Shown here in pieces: positions 28,272-37,160 of a DNA stretch of 64,000 nucleotides. Position 1 is the first letter of the stretch; each line of letters begins with the position of its first letter. The notes beneath the pieces are model-generated. The model was not told where the DNA came from and made no database searches. It was given only the letters and a program-made list of their open reading frames with translations. The stretch is taken from NCBI GenBank assembly GCA_964631685.1, contig CAZVZU010000003.1, forward strand, positions 32,001 through 96,000, written 5' to 3'. The stretch comes from an uncultured Actinomycetes bacterium (GTDB taxonomy: Bacteria; SZUA-79; Acidulodesulfobacterales; Acidulodesulfobacteraceae). The position numbers and the translations under genes were made by a program.

Positions 28272-29138
28272 ATGAAAGAAAGTAAAGATTTAATAGGTAT
28301 AATCGGTGGCAGCGGATTGTATCATATGAAAGGATTAGAAAATGTAAGGGAGAAATTCTTTAATACTCCCTTCGGCGTTCCGTCGGATAAGTTGGTTTTT
28401 GGAGAAATAAACGGAAAAGAGTTTGTTTTTATACCTAGACATGGAAGGGGACATAAGATTTTGCCATCCGAAATAAATTATGCCGCAAATATTTATGCGC
28501 TTAAGGCAGTCGGCGTTAAGAAAATTATATCTGTTAGCGCAGTAGGAAGTCTTAAGAAAAGTATCAAGCCCGGTGATATGATTGTTATTGACCAATTTTT
28601 CGATTTCACAAAAAATAGAAAAAGTACATTTTTTGGCGATGGCATAGTAGCGCATGTTTCAATGGCAGAGCCCGTTTGTCCATATTTAAGTAAGATAGTA
28701 ATAAATTCATGTAAATCGCTGGGGATACCCTGTCATGAAAAAGGGACATACTTATGTATTGAGGGGCCGCAATTTTCTACAAGGGCGGAGTCCCTTTTCT
28801 ACCAACAGGGTAATTTTGATGTCGTAGGAATGACAAATGCTACTGAAGCCAAGCTTGCCAAAGAAGCTGAACTTTGTTACATTACTATCGCCATGGCGAC
28901 GGATTACGATTGTTGGCACGATGCAGAAGATAACGTAACTGCAGATATGATACTTAAGATTCTTAATGAGAATACCCAAAAGGCTGAAAATATAATTAAA
29001 GATGTGGCTAAGGTTATAGATTTTGACGAAAGAGAGTGTGTTTGCGGGTCATCTCTCAGGCAGTCTGTGGTAACGGCAAAGGAAGATGTTCCGGCTAAGA
29101 CCTTGAAAAGACTTTCTATTTTTAATTTGTATGGGTAA
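28272..29138 (+). CDS. mtnP: S-methyl-5'-thioadenosine phosphorylase
   Basis: IGIIGGSGLY, TPFG.PS, PRHGRGH, SAVGSL, EGPQFSTRAES, GMTN..EA.LA.EA, TDYDCW; GGAGGT RBS before ATG 28272. Confidence 0.95.
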   Translation: MKESKDLIGIIGGSGLYHMKGLENVREKFFNTPFGVPSDKLVFGEINGKEFVFIPRHGRGHKILPSEINYAANIYALKAVGVKKIISVSAVGSLKKSIKPGDMIVIDQFFDFTKNRKSTFFGDGIVAHVSMAEPVCPYLSKIVINSCKSLGIPCHEKGTYLCIEGPQFSTRAESLFYQQGNFDVVGMTNATEAKLAKEAELCYITIAMATDYDCWHDAEDNVTADMILKILNENTQKAENIIKDVAKVIDFDERECVCGSSLRQSVVTAKEDVPAKTLKRLSIFNLYG

Positions 29139-29233
29139 TAAATCATCGGCGGGTTAGATTGATGCATGTTTGCGTATGATGGACGATAGCTGTCCATTGC
29201 GTTTTATATTAACATTTATTTACGGGGTAACAA

Positions 29234-30148
29234 ATGGCTATAACTGTTGTTGGTTCAATAGCAATGGATAATGTTGAAACACCATTTAATAAAATGAATA
29301 ATATTCTTGGGGGTTCCGCATCATTTTTTTCATTGGCATCATCATTTATGACGGACACGAAAATAATTGGTGTTGTGGGGAGTGATTTTAATAAGGAGTA
29401 TCTTGATATTTTTAAAGATAGGGCAATAGACATTACGGGTTTAAGTGTGGAAGATGGTAAAACTTTTCACTGGGAAGGAAGATATGATTATGACCTATCC
29501 GATCCCGAAACATTAAAAACAGAACTCGGGGTTTTTTCCTCTTTCAAACCGGTAGTGCCTCATAGTTTTAAGAATGACATGCTCTTTCTTGCTAATATAG
29601 ATCCCGATATTCAGCTTGATGTTTTAAGCCAGATGAGTTCATCGAAACTAATCGCACTTGACACTATGAATTTTTGGATTGAAGGAAAAAAAGAAAGGCT
29701 TATTGAAGTTATAGAAAAATCCGATATATTTATTATAAATGAATCGGAAGCAAGGCTTTTGACGGGTAAATCTTCTATATTTGCAGCTGCTAAGGTCATA
29801 ACCCATGATTTTGGCGCAAAAGTATTGGTGTTAAAAAGGGGAGCATACGGTGCAACAATGTTTTTTGACGAACATTTTTTTATTGTCCCCGCTTATCCCT
29901 TGGAAGATATTAAGGATCCTACCGGTGCGGGTGATTCGTTTGCCGGGGGTTTTTTGGGGTATATAGATAGCACTGGAGATATGTCTTTTGAAAATTTTAA
30001 AAAGGCTCTTGTTTTCGGAAATATTATGGCGTCGTTTGCCGTCGAGGATTTTTCCGTTCATGGATTGACGGCAATAAAAATAGAAGAAATCATGGATAGA
30101 TTTAAAAAATTCAGAGATATGACATATTTTGGAGAATTGTCGCTTTAA
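29234..30148 (+). CDS. PfkB-family carbohydrate/nucleoside kinase
   Basis: VVGSIAMD, LGGSA, DTMNFWI, INESEA, DPTGAGDSFAGG. Confidence 0.9.
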   Translation: MAITVVGSIAMDNVETPFNKMNNILGGSASFFSLASSFMTDTKIIGVVGSDFNKEYLDIFKDRAIDITGLSVEDGKTFHWEGRYDYDLSDPETLKTELGVFSSFKPVVPHSFKNDMLFLANIDPDIQLDVLSQMSSSKLIALDTMNFWIEGKKERLIEVIEKSDIFIINESEARLLTGKSSIFAAAKVITHDFGAKVLVLKRGAYGATMFFDEHFFIVPAYPLEDIKDPTGAGDSFAGGFLGYIDSTGDMSFENFKKALVFGNIMASFAVEDFSVHGLTAIKIEEIMDRFKKFRDMTYFGELSL

Positions 30149-30181
30149 ATTTAATTTTAATAATGCTATTATTACGTTGTT

Positions 30182-30973
30182 ATGTTTAAATTAGATAGTC
30201 GTATAAAATTAGTCTTTATAATGCTGTTAATGGCGGTTTTATCCGCTGGTTTGTATGGGTGCGGATTTTCCCAGGTTTCTAAAACAAAGAAACTCAAGGC
30301 AGATCTTTTTTACAAGCTCGGGGCTGGATACTACCAAAATGGAAACTATGTAAAGGCAATGCAGGAGTTTATCAAGGCAAAGACGTCAGATCCCTATTCG
30401 GCAAAAGATTACAATGCCATAGGCATGGTCTATATGATGACCCACAGAAAAGGTATGGCTGTGGTAAATTTTAAAAAAGCCGTTGAATTAAATCCAAAAT
30501 TTTCTTATGCCTATTATAATCTTGCACTTATCTATATGAAAAAGCGTGATTACGAGAATGCTAAAATTAACCTAAAAAAGGCATTGTTGAATCCGTTTTA
30601 TAACCAGCCCTACGAAAGCTATACCCAGCTTGCAAGAATTTACATTATAGAAAATAAATTAAAAAAAGCGAATAAATTATTGCTTATTTCAGAATCACTC
30701 GGTAAAAAGTATTTCCTTACTTACTATTATCTCGGAGAGATATATCTCATTAAAGGACAATTGCGGAAGAGTTTATTTAATTTTAAAAAGGCTATTAGTC
30801 TTAATATTTTTTATGCCTCAGCAAGATACAAAGTAGGTGTTGTGTATTTTAGGCTAAGGAGATACAAAGAGGCAAAAGAAATTTTTAATTATATATATAA
30901 ACATGATGGAAACGCTAACGCTAGAGTAAAATCATTTAATTATTTGAAAAAAATTAGACTTTACGGCTATTAA
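30182..30973 (+). CDS. TPR lipoprotein, PilF/PilW/Tgl-like pilotin
   Basis: Lipobox LYGC, several TPR repeats, KALLNPFY..P motif; directly upstream of rodZ. Confidence 0.75.
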   Translation: MFKLDSRIKLVFIMLLMAVLSAGLYGCGFSQVSKTKKLKADLFYKLGAGYYQNGNYVKAMQEFIKAKTSDPYSAKDYNAIGMVYMMTHRKGMAVVNFKKAVELNPKFSYAYYNLALIYMKKRDYENAKINLKKALLNPFYNQPYESYTQLARIYIIENKLKKANKLLLISESLGKKYFLTYYYLGEIYLIKGQLRKSLFNFKKAISLNIFYASARYKVGVVYFRLRRYKEAKEIFNYIYKHDGNANARVKSFNYLKKIRLYGY

Positions 30974-30993
30974 ATTTATTTTGGTCCTAATCT

Positions 30994-31731
30994 ATGGAAA
31001 CAATAGGGGAGTATCTTAAATTAAAAAGAGAAGATATTGGGCAGACTTTTGACACAATTTCCGGAATAACGAAGATAAGGCCCCAATACATTGAAGCAAT
31101 TGAGAAAGATGATTTTTCTTTATTTTCTTCGCCCCAAATTTTAAAAGGGTATATCAAATTAATAGCTAAAACGATAGATGCTGATGAGGAGTATGCGTTA
31201 GGCTTATTAGAACCGCAACTTGAAGCATGTTTTAAACACAAAAATGTTGAGGATATTTTAGGCGAACAACTAAGAGAAGAAAAACAGAGGTATTACAGTT
31301 TAAGAAAGAGAATCTTAGTTATAATACTTGCTGGTATGTTCATTATAGTTATATTCTTCGCATCATTAAAGATTTTAGAGTTTTTTACATTCAGGACGCA
31401 CTATGCAACTACTATTTCATACCATGTGCCCAAAAAGGTGGCATTAGACCATATCTCCAAAAAAAAGAGTGGGAACAATGCAAGTTATTCTATCGTATTA
31501 AGGGGAAAAGTGACAAGAAAGACGTGGGTTGCTGTGATAGTAGATAATCAACAGCCGAAGACTTATATGTTATTTCCGGGAGATGTGGAGATATGGCAGG
31601 CTAAAAAGACATTGAAGATCAAAATAGGCAATGCCGGTGGAATCAATCTGAATTATAACGGAAAAAGCTTAGGAAAATTGGGCGTAGAAAAAGAAGTAGT
31701 GACCTTAAATTTTGAAAAAAAGTCCGGTTGA
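30994..31731 (+). CDS. rodZ: RodZ-like protein (HTH-TM-DUF4115)
   Basis: IGEYLK..RE, TKIRPQYIEAIE, KGYIK; single TM; TW..V.VD, IGNAGGI...NGK.LG. Confidence 0.85.
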   Translation: METIGEYLKLKREDIGQTFDTISGITKIRPQYIEAIEKDDFSLFSSPQILKGYIKLIAKTIDADEEYALGLLEPQLEACFKHKNVEDILGEQLREEKQRYYSLRKRILVIILAGMFIIVIFFASLKILEFFTFRTHYATTISYHVPKKVALDHISKKKSGNNASYSIVLRGKVTRKTWVAVIVDNQQPKTYMLFPGDVEIWQAKKTLKIKIGNAGGINLNYNGKSLGKLGVEKEVVTLNFEKKSG

Positions 31732-31791
31732 AGTTAATATATTATAAATAGAGTTTCCCTATTGCATGTGACTTTGATTGTAAAAACATTA

Positions 31792-31820
31792 TTGACTTTT
31801 TAGAAAATAAACAGTAGACT
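31792..31820 (+). promoter_or_regulatory. Sigma70-type promoter of tusA
   Basis: TTGACT-N17-TAGACT; AAGGAGG RBS downstream. Confidence 0.6.
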
Positions 31821-31868
31821 GAAAGAGTTTTTAAAAACTAAAACATATACATTTAAGGAGGCAACATT

Positions 31869-32102
31869 ATGGCAGTATCCCCAAATAAAACCCTTGATGC
31901 GAGCGGTTTGTCATGTCCATTACCAATAGTTAAAACCAAGAAAGAGATTGATACTATGAGTTCAGGGCAAATTTTGGAAGTTATTTCGACCGATCCTGGT
32001 TCTAAAAACGATATGACGGCATGGTGTAAAAGGACAGGCAATGAACTCTTGGAGTCGATGGAAGAGGGTGGAAAGTTTAAGTTTTATATTAAAAAATCAT
32101 AA
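31869..32102 (+). CDS. tusA: TusA-family sulfur carrier
   Basis: LDASGLSCPLPIVKTKK, GQILEVISTDPGS..D..AW. Confidence 0.92.
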   Translation: MAVSPNKTLDASGLSCPLPIVKTKKEIDTMSSGQILEVISTDPGSKNDMTAWCKRTGNELLESMEEGGKFKFYIKKS

Positions 32103-32130
32103 TTTAGGGTTAATTTTAAATATAAAAACT

Positions 32131-32224
32131 GAAGACATGTCTTGACATTGAGCCTTGACGGTTTTTTCGTGATGTTGCGCGAAAAAAACAAGGGTGTTTG
32201 CACCGATGGTTAGGGCATGTCTTT
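32131..32224 (+). other. ~95-nt rod-like imperfect hairpin (candidate structured RNA, terminator or palindromic element)
   Basis: AAGACATGTCTTGAC (32132-46) pairs with GTTAGGGCATGTCTT (32209-23); inner stems CCTTG/CAAGG and TTTTTTCGTG/CGCGAAAAAA. Confidence 0.6.
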
Positions 32225-32358
32225 TTATATCATTGCCTTGGTTAGTTTGCGTGTTCATGAGTGCCACGGCAAAATGTTATGAATAGTCGAATTCCTGACT
32301 TCGTTTTTTGTCATAATAGCTCATATCAATTAATTTAAATTTAATAAATAGCGAAGAG

Positions 32359-32736
32359 ATGAAAAAGGAGAGTGACGGGTTGCTTCGACGCGGTCCGCTT
32401 CCATTTTTTTTGATTATCGTGGTTGCAGTTTTATTCCAGTTTGTAAGCGCGGATGTCTGTTTCGGGCTTAAGAATCCGTTTGTCCCCCCTTTTAAGGTTA
32501 AACAGTATAAAAATAGCATAAAGAATCCGTTAAACGGTTTAAATCTGCAAGCTATTGCCAGTAGCTCTAATCCCGATAAAGATGTTGCAATAATTAACGA
32601 TAAGCCTTATTATATAGGTTCGAAGATTATGGGAAATACGATTGTGAATATTACTTCCAAAGCCGTTGTTATTAAGCTGAAAGGCGGAAAAATCGTAAAA
32701 CTTTTATTGGCAAAATATGAGGGATTTAAAAAATAA
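32359..32736 (+). CDS. PilP/GspC-like small exported protein
   Basis: Signal-like N-terminus, KNPF.P motif, LQAI...AIIND..Y.IG..I.G.TIV.I beta-domain; overlaps the secretin gene. Confidence 0.6.
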   Translation: MKKESDGLLRRGPLPFFLIIVVAVLFQFVSADVCFGLKNPFVPPFKVKQYKNSIKNPLNGLNLQAIASSSNPDKDVAIINDKPYYIGSKIMGNTIVNITSKAVVIKLKGGKIVKLLLAKYEGFKK

Positions 32737-34096
32737 TTCATTGGATACGCAGGCAAGGAATGTTTTGTCTATCAGACCTAAATTCACCGTTACATGGCTT
32801 TTCTTACTTTTATTTATACTTATAGCTCCCCCGCGTTCCTTCGGTGCGGTCAATGATTATAATAACCTACATAAGGCGTTTAGTATAAACGGAATTAAGC
32901 TACCTAGTCAAAGGATTACGGTAGAGGGAAATAATATTCCCCTTAAACCGTTAATAATAGGGATAGCTCATAAATTTCATATTAATTATGTATTGAGTAG
33001 TCTGGTGAAAGGTTATGCCACACTGCACATAAGAAATATACCCCTGCCATCTGCCCTAGATATCATTTTTAAGGCAGGAAATTTGGGTTACAGCGTAAGT
33101 GACGGAATTTTATTTATCGGTCCTAGTTCATCCCTCAAAGATAACTATCACCTTTATAAGATTAAGCTGAAATATATACAGGCAAAAGATGTTCTCCCGG
33201 ATTTGACCCCTATTTTACCCACCGGCATGAAGGCTTATGCTTCACCCCACGGAAATTCTATACTGGTTTACGGTTTACCCTCAGGCATAGAAAAAATACA
33301 GGAGATGGTAAAAAACTTAGATGTCAAAAAAAAGGTTGTCTTGTTAAACGCGAGAATTGTAGATGTAACTGATAATTTTGTGCGTAGAATGGGTATTTTG
33401 TGGAATATTAACCCTAATCCAATAAATAGTTCGACGACCGTAACAAATATATCTTCGGGCTTTAGCGGGATAACGAATACCGGTGCTGGAGCCAACACTT
33501 TAACTATTAACCTGGGTAGAACATATTTTAACTTTGGGAATATTTCCGCTCAGCTTTCTCTGGGTCAGCAGCTAGGGTGGGATAAAGTTGTTGCCGCTCC
33601 AAGCGTTTCTGTTGTAAGTGGCCAGACTGCGACAATCAATTCCGGTGTTACATTGTATTACGTGGCATATAATGCGTCAGGGGGAACGGCTCCTACGCAG
33701 CCTACCGGCACCGGTACAACCGTCATAACACAACAACCGGTGACATCTGCGCTTCAAACGATAACACTCGGACTCACACTGACGGTTACGCCGATAGTTG
33801 AAAGCGAGGATGATATACTTCTAAATATTGTTGTTACAAATTCTCAACCAAATTTTGGACAAGAGGTTAATGGATTTCCGGCTGTTAATAACAAGAGTGT
33901 TACTACCACTGTTGTGGTTAAGAATAATTCCACATTAGTTATAGGGGGGATTATATATACAGACAAGTCTCATTCCAATAACGGTATCCCGATTTTATCA
34001 ACCATACCCGTTATTGGATATTTATTCTCTTCTCGTCAAAAGAATGTTTCAAAAGAGCAGCTAATGATATTCATATCTCCTAAAATAGTAAATTAA
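32717..34096 (+). CDS. pilQ: Secretin, PilQ/HofQ type (short, no AMIN domains)
   Basis: N0 and N3 domains, V.LNARIVDV, AAPSV.V.SGQTATINSG, LTVTP, TLVIGGI, GIP.LS.IPVIGYLF, LMIFISPKIV. Confidence 0.85.
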   Translation: MRDLKNNSLDTQARNVLSIRPKFTVTWLFLLLFILIAPPRSFGAVNDYNNLHKAFSINGIKLPSQRITVEGNNIPLKPLIIGIAHKFHINYVLSSLVKGYATLHIRNIPLPSALDIIFKAGNLGYSVSDGILFIGPSSSLKDNYHLYKIKLKYIQAKDVLPDLTPILPTGMKAYASPHGNSILVYGLPSGIEKIQEMVKNLDVKKKVVLLNARIVDVTDNFVRRMGILWNINPNPINSSTTVTNISSGFSGITNTGAGANTLTINLGRTYFNFGNISAQLSLGQQLGWDKVVAAPSVSVVSGQTATINSGVTLYYVAYNASGGTAPTQPTGTGTTVITQQPVTSALQTITLGLTLTVTPIVESEDDILLNIVVTNSQPNFGQEVNGFPAVNNKSVTTTVVVKNNSTLVIGGIIYTDKSHSNNGIPILSTIPVIGYLFSSRQKNVSKEQLMIFISPKIVN

Positions 34097-34993
34097 ATGA
34101 AGAATAATACCGTCAAAAAAGAAAAACAAAGAGGAAAAGAAAAGAGTAGTAATAATAATGAAGGCAACATGCCGTTCTTAGACCATTTTACGGAACTCAG
34201 AAGGCGAGTGGTCTATGTTTTTATCGCTCTTATTGTAGGGATGGGGTTTTCTTGGCATCTTTCTTTTAAGGCTATAGATTTTATAGAACTTCCATTGAAA
34301 CAGCCTACTTATATCACTTTTTTATCGGGGTATGCGAAAAAAGTAATCAAAAAGGATGTGCCGTCGGTTTATTATGTTTTTGGGCTAAATAAAACCCCAA
34401 AAAAATTTGTAAAACATATTTTGCATTACTCAAAACCATTGGAACCTTTTTTTATGCAGGTTAAGGTTTCTCTTATACTAGGGTTTATGATTACATTGCC
34501 GTTTATACTGTTTGAAATATGGCAGTTCATAAAGCCGGGTTTGTTAAAAAGGGAGAGGCTCTATCTCGCACCTTTTTTATTCTTTGGAACACTTTTTTTT
34601 ATCTCGGGAATGATATTTATGATTTTATATATCTGGCCTGCCGTTATAAATTTTTCTTTGAGTTACCAGAGCCCTAATTTATCCCCGCTTATCAATTTAA
34701 CTCATTACATAAATTTTGCATTAAGATTAAGCCTAATATTCGGTGTAATATTCGAGCTTCCGTTGGTATCGGCACTTTTTTCCTTAGCGGGTATACTTAA
34801 GCCGACTTTCTTGAAAAAATATAGAAAATGGGCGTTATTAGTAAGTTTAGTGATTGCAGCATTTCATGCGGACTTGGTTACAATGTTTTTTATAGCGACC
34901 CCGTTGTATTCCATGTACGAGTTAAGTATTTTAATATCTTCCTTGGTATGGCGAATGAAAAAAATGAAACAAAAGAAATCTATTTCCGCATAG
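34097..34993 (+). CDS. tatC: Twin-arginine translocase subunit C
   Basis: MPFLDHFTELRRR, PLEPF, EIWQFIKPGL...ER, FGVIFELP, PLYSMYELSI. Confidence 0.93.
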   Translation: MKNNTVKKEKQRGKEKSSNNNEGNMPFLDHFTELRRRVVYVFIALIVGMGFSWHLSFKAIDFIELPLKQPTYITFLSGYAKKVIKKDVPSVYYVFGLNKTPKKFVKHILHYSKPLEPFFMQVKVSLILGFMITLPFILFEIWQFIKPGLLKRERLYLAPFLFFGTLFFISGMIFMILYIWPAVINFSLSYQSPNLSPLINLTHYINFALRLSLIFGVIFELPLVSALFSLAGILKPTFLKKYRKWALLVSLVIAAFHADLVTMFFIATPLYSMYELSILISSLVWRMKKMKQKKSISA

Positions 34994-35573
34994 AGAAAAT
35001 AAACCCCCCTATATCTGCCTTGATGTCTGGAAACGATTTTTTGCTTGCCTTAATGGATATGTAATTTATTACAAAAATTCTTTTTAATGAGTCTATATTT
35101 TTAATGAATTTTATTGATGCATTAAAACCGCCTACAATTGAAATTCTGATAGGCAAGGCTGTTATCCCTTGAATTTTTTTTACCTGTTTTCCAAAATTCA
35201 TTTTTTCTATAACAAAGTTGGATACCGGTGCGCTTTTGGAAATATTTTTTATTAATGTTGAGACCATAAAGGTTTTTGGGAGCTTTTCTCGCCCTCTTTT
35301 TAATTGTAATTTTAGATTTTTTATTTGATTTTTAAGGGTTAACAACTCATTCCTTTCGCGATCTAAAGAGACATTTGTATTGCTTAATATTCTAATTTTC
35401 TCGTTAAGTTTGGTTATTACATTTGAATTTACATCTAATTCCTTGTTTAAGTTATTTAAGAAAAAATCCTGATTTATAAGGTATAAAAATACAAATATCA
35501 TTAAAATGACGAGGATTATTTTATTTGCCCTTAAATAGTATGAAATTCCTTTTAATTCTTCAAATACGTTCAT
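34980..35573 (-). CDS. pilO: Type IV pilus alignment protein PilO-like
   Basis: TM + coiled coil, KLP....V..LI..I, LPI.I.I.G.F....FI..I..L.RI. Confidence 0.75.
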   Translation of the reverse strand: MNVFEELKGISYYLRANKIILVILMIFVFLYLINQDFFLNNLNKELDVNSNVITKLNEKIRILSNTNVSLDRERNELLTLKNQIKNLKLQLKRGREKLPKTFMVSTLIKNISKSAPVSNFVIEKMNFGKQVKKIQGITALPIRISIVGGFNASIKFIKNIDSLKRIFVINYISIKASKKSFPDIKADIGGFIFSMRK

Positions 35574-36139
35574 TTTAAAATTGCCTTTAATTTAAATTGG
35601 TAAAAGGTATTCTTATCTATAATTGTCCTATTTACGTAGGTCAAAATAATTTTTTTAAACATACCTGTCTCTTTTAATCTATTCATATAGTCCGATATTC
35701 CGTTCAGTGCAATTGAATTTCCATTAATTACAATAATGCCATTTTGAAGTAACAGCCCGCTCATCCAGACCCCTTCAGGCGATGCATTGATCATTCGGGC
35801 TATTTTTTCATTCCACTTAACTTTTAGTCTTTCAAGTTTTTTTATAACCAAAATTCTTTTTTGAATCATACTCTTGAGTCTTCTTTTATTGCTTATTGCA
35901 TATTCTAACGATTTACCAATAATATTTCTGGTTTTCATTATTGCTAATTTCTGGTTAAGCGATAAAATATGAGTCTTTTTTATATTATTTCTAAAGTATA
36001 GCGTAAAATCCAATAAAAGTATAAATAATCCACATGCAATAATCACAGAAAATGCTATGATCTTTTTTTTATTTTTTACATACTGCTCTTTATCGGCAAC
36101 GGGTAATAAATTAATTCTCGTCTTATTCTTAGTTTTCAT
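35570..36139 (-). CDS. pilN: Type IV pilus alignment protein PilN-like
   Basis: RINLLP PilM-binding motif, TM, coiled coil, PEGVW.S.L, I.G.S, YM.RL. Confidence 0.82.
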   Translation of the reverse strand: MKTKNKTRINLLPVADKEQYVKNKKKIIAFSVIIACGLFILLLDFTLYFRNNIKKTHILSLNQKLAIMKTRNIIGKSLEYAISNKRRLKSMIQKRILVIKKLERLKVKWNEKIARMINASPEGVWMSGLLLQNGIIVINGNSIALNGISDYMNRLKETGMFKKIILTYVNRTIIDKNTFYQFKLKAILK

Positions 36140-36200
36140 ATATTATATGTAATTTAAGATAATATTTGTTGGTTTTCGGGCGTTTACGACTACGCAAGGT

Positions 36201-37148
36201 TTATCTGCCGGATATAAGCCCCATGGTTGTCCACATTTCTTCGAGTGGTTTTAATAAGTTATAATTTTTCTCCATATTGAATTTTATTAATCTTTTGGAT
36301 AGAGAAAAATATTTTTTCTCTTCCATCAGCTGATTGATAATAGAAATTGAATATGTTTTTAATCCGGTCATCTCCGTTATTTTGTCTTTAAAACTTTTGT
36401 TGTCGTTGTACATGCCTGTTATTATTATACCGTCTATCGGAGCGATAGATTTTCCTGCAAAATAAAAATCCATCGTTTTTTTTAATTCATCACCTATCAA
36501 GTCGGCTGGATCGTTTTTAGTCAAGTCTTTAAGATTGAGCCCTTCTATTGATCTTTCGAAACTAACCATATTTTCCCTAATAATAACAATTTGGGCCGTT
36601 GTTTCTCCAACATCGCACAACAATAAATGTTCTATTTTATTATTACTCAAAAGTAGAATATTGTTATAAATAGACACTGTCTTACATTCTATCGATTTTA
36701 GTTTAATATTAGCCCTTGCAAATATCTGCTTAAAATTATTTATATCCTCCGTCTTAGAGACAAATACGGTTATCGCAAGGACTGAACCCTTTTTAAAGGA
36801 TATATAATCAAACACGCAAGAAGATAAGGGAAAGGGTATTAATTTTTTTATTTCATGTTCCACCGCTTTTCTTAGATCATTTTCGGGCATGTCAGGAAGA
36901 TCAATATTGTAACTATACACAGCGTTGCTATGAATATTTGCGAATACGTTTTTTCTGCTTATTCTATTTTTGACCATGAGTTCGTTAAGCGTGGAAGCTA
37001 CTGCATTAATGTCTGAGGCATCTACGCCCGGCAGCTTAACATTCACAAAATTATTAAGGGAGTAGCCATGTTTTTTCTTTATAACCTCGAGTATTTTAAA
37101 ATGACCGTAGTCAACCTCAATAGCAGTGTATAGTTTGTTAAAAAACAT
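36201..37148 (-). CDS. pilM: Type IV pilus assembly protein PilM-like (divergent)
   Basis: LPDMPENDLRKAV..E...IPFPL....FDY, CDVGETT, ELKKTMDFY, IIITG; upstream of pilN. Confidence 0.78.
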   Translation of the reverse strand: MFFNKLYTAIEVDYGHFKILEVIKKKHGYSLNNFVNVKLPGVDASDINAVASTLNELMVKNRISRKNVFANIHSNAVYSYNIDLPDMPENDLRKAVEHEIKKLIPFPLSSCVFDYISFKKGSVLAITVFVSKTEDINNFKQIFARANIKLKSIECKTVSIYNNILLLSNNKIEHLLLCDVGETTAQIVIIRENMVSFERSIEGLNLKDLTKNDPADLIGDELKKTMDFYFAGKSIAPIDGIIITGMYNDNKSFKDKITEMTGLKTYSISIINQLMEEKKYFSLSKRLIKFNMEKNYNLLKPLEEMWTTMGLISGR

Positions 37149-37160
37149 ATGTGCCCAAAA

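Noticed and set aside
32131..32224. Possible SRP RNA, 6S RNA or c-di-GMP riboswitch
   Set aside because: No SRP domain IV motif, too short and no central bubble for 6S, and no GEMM two-hairpin consensus on either strand.
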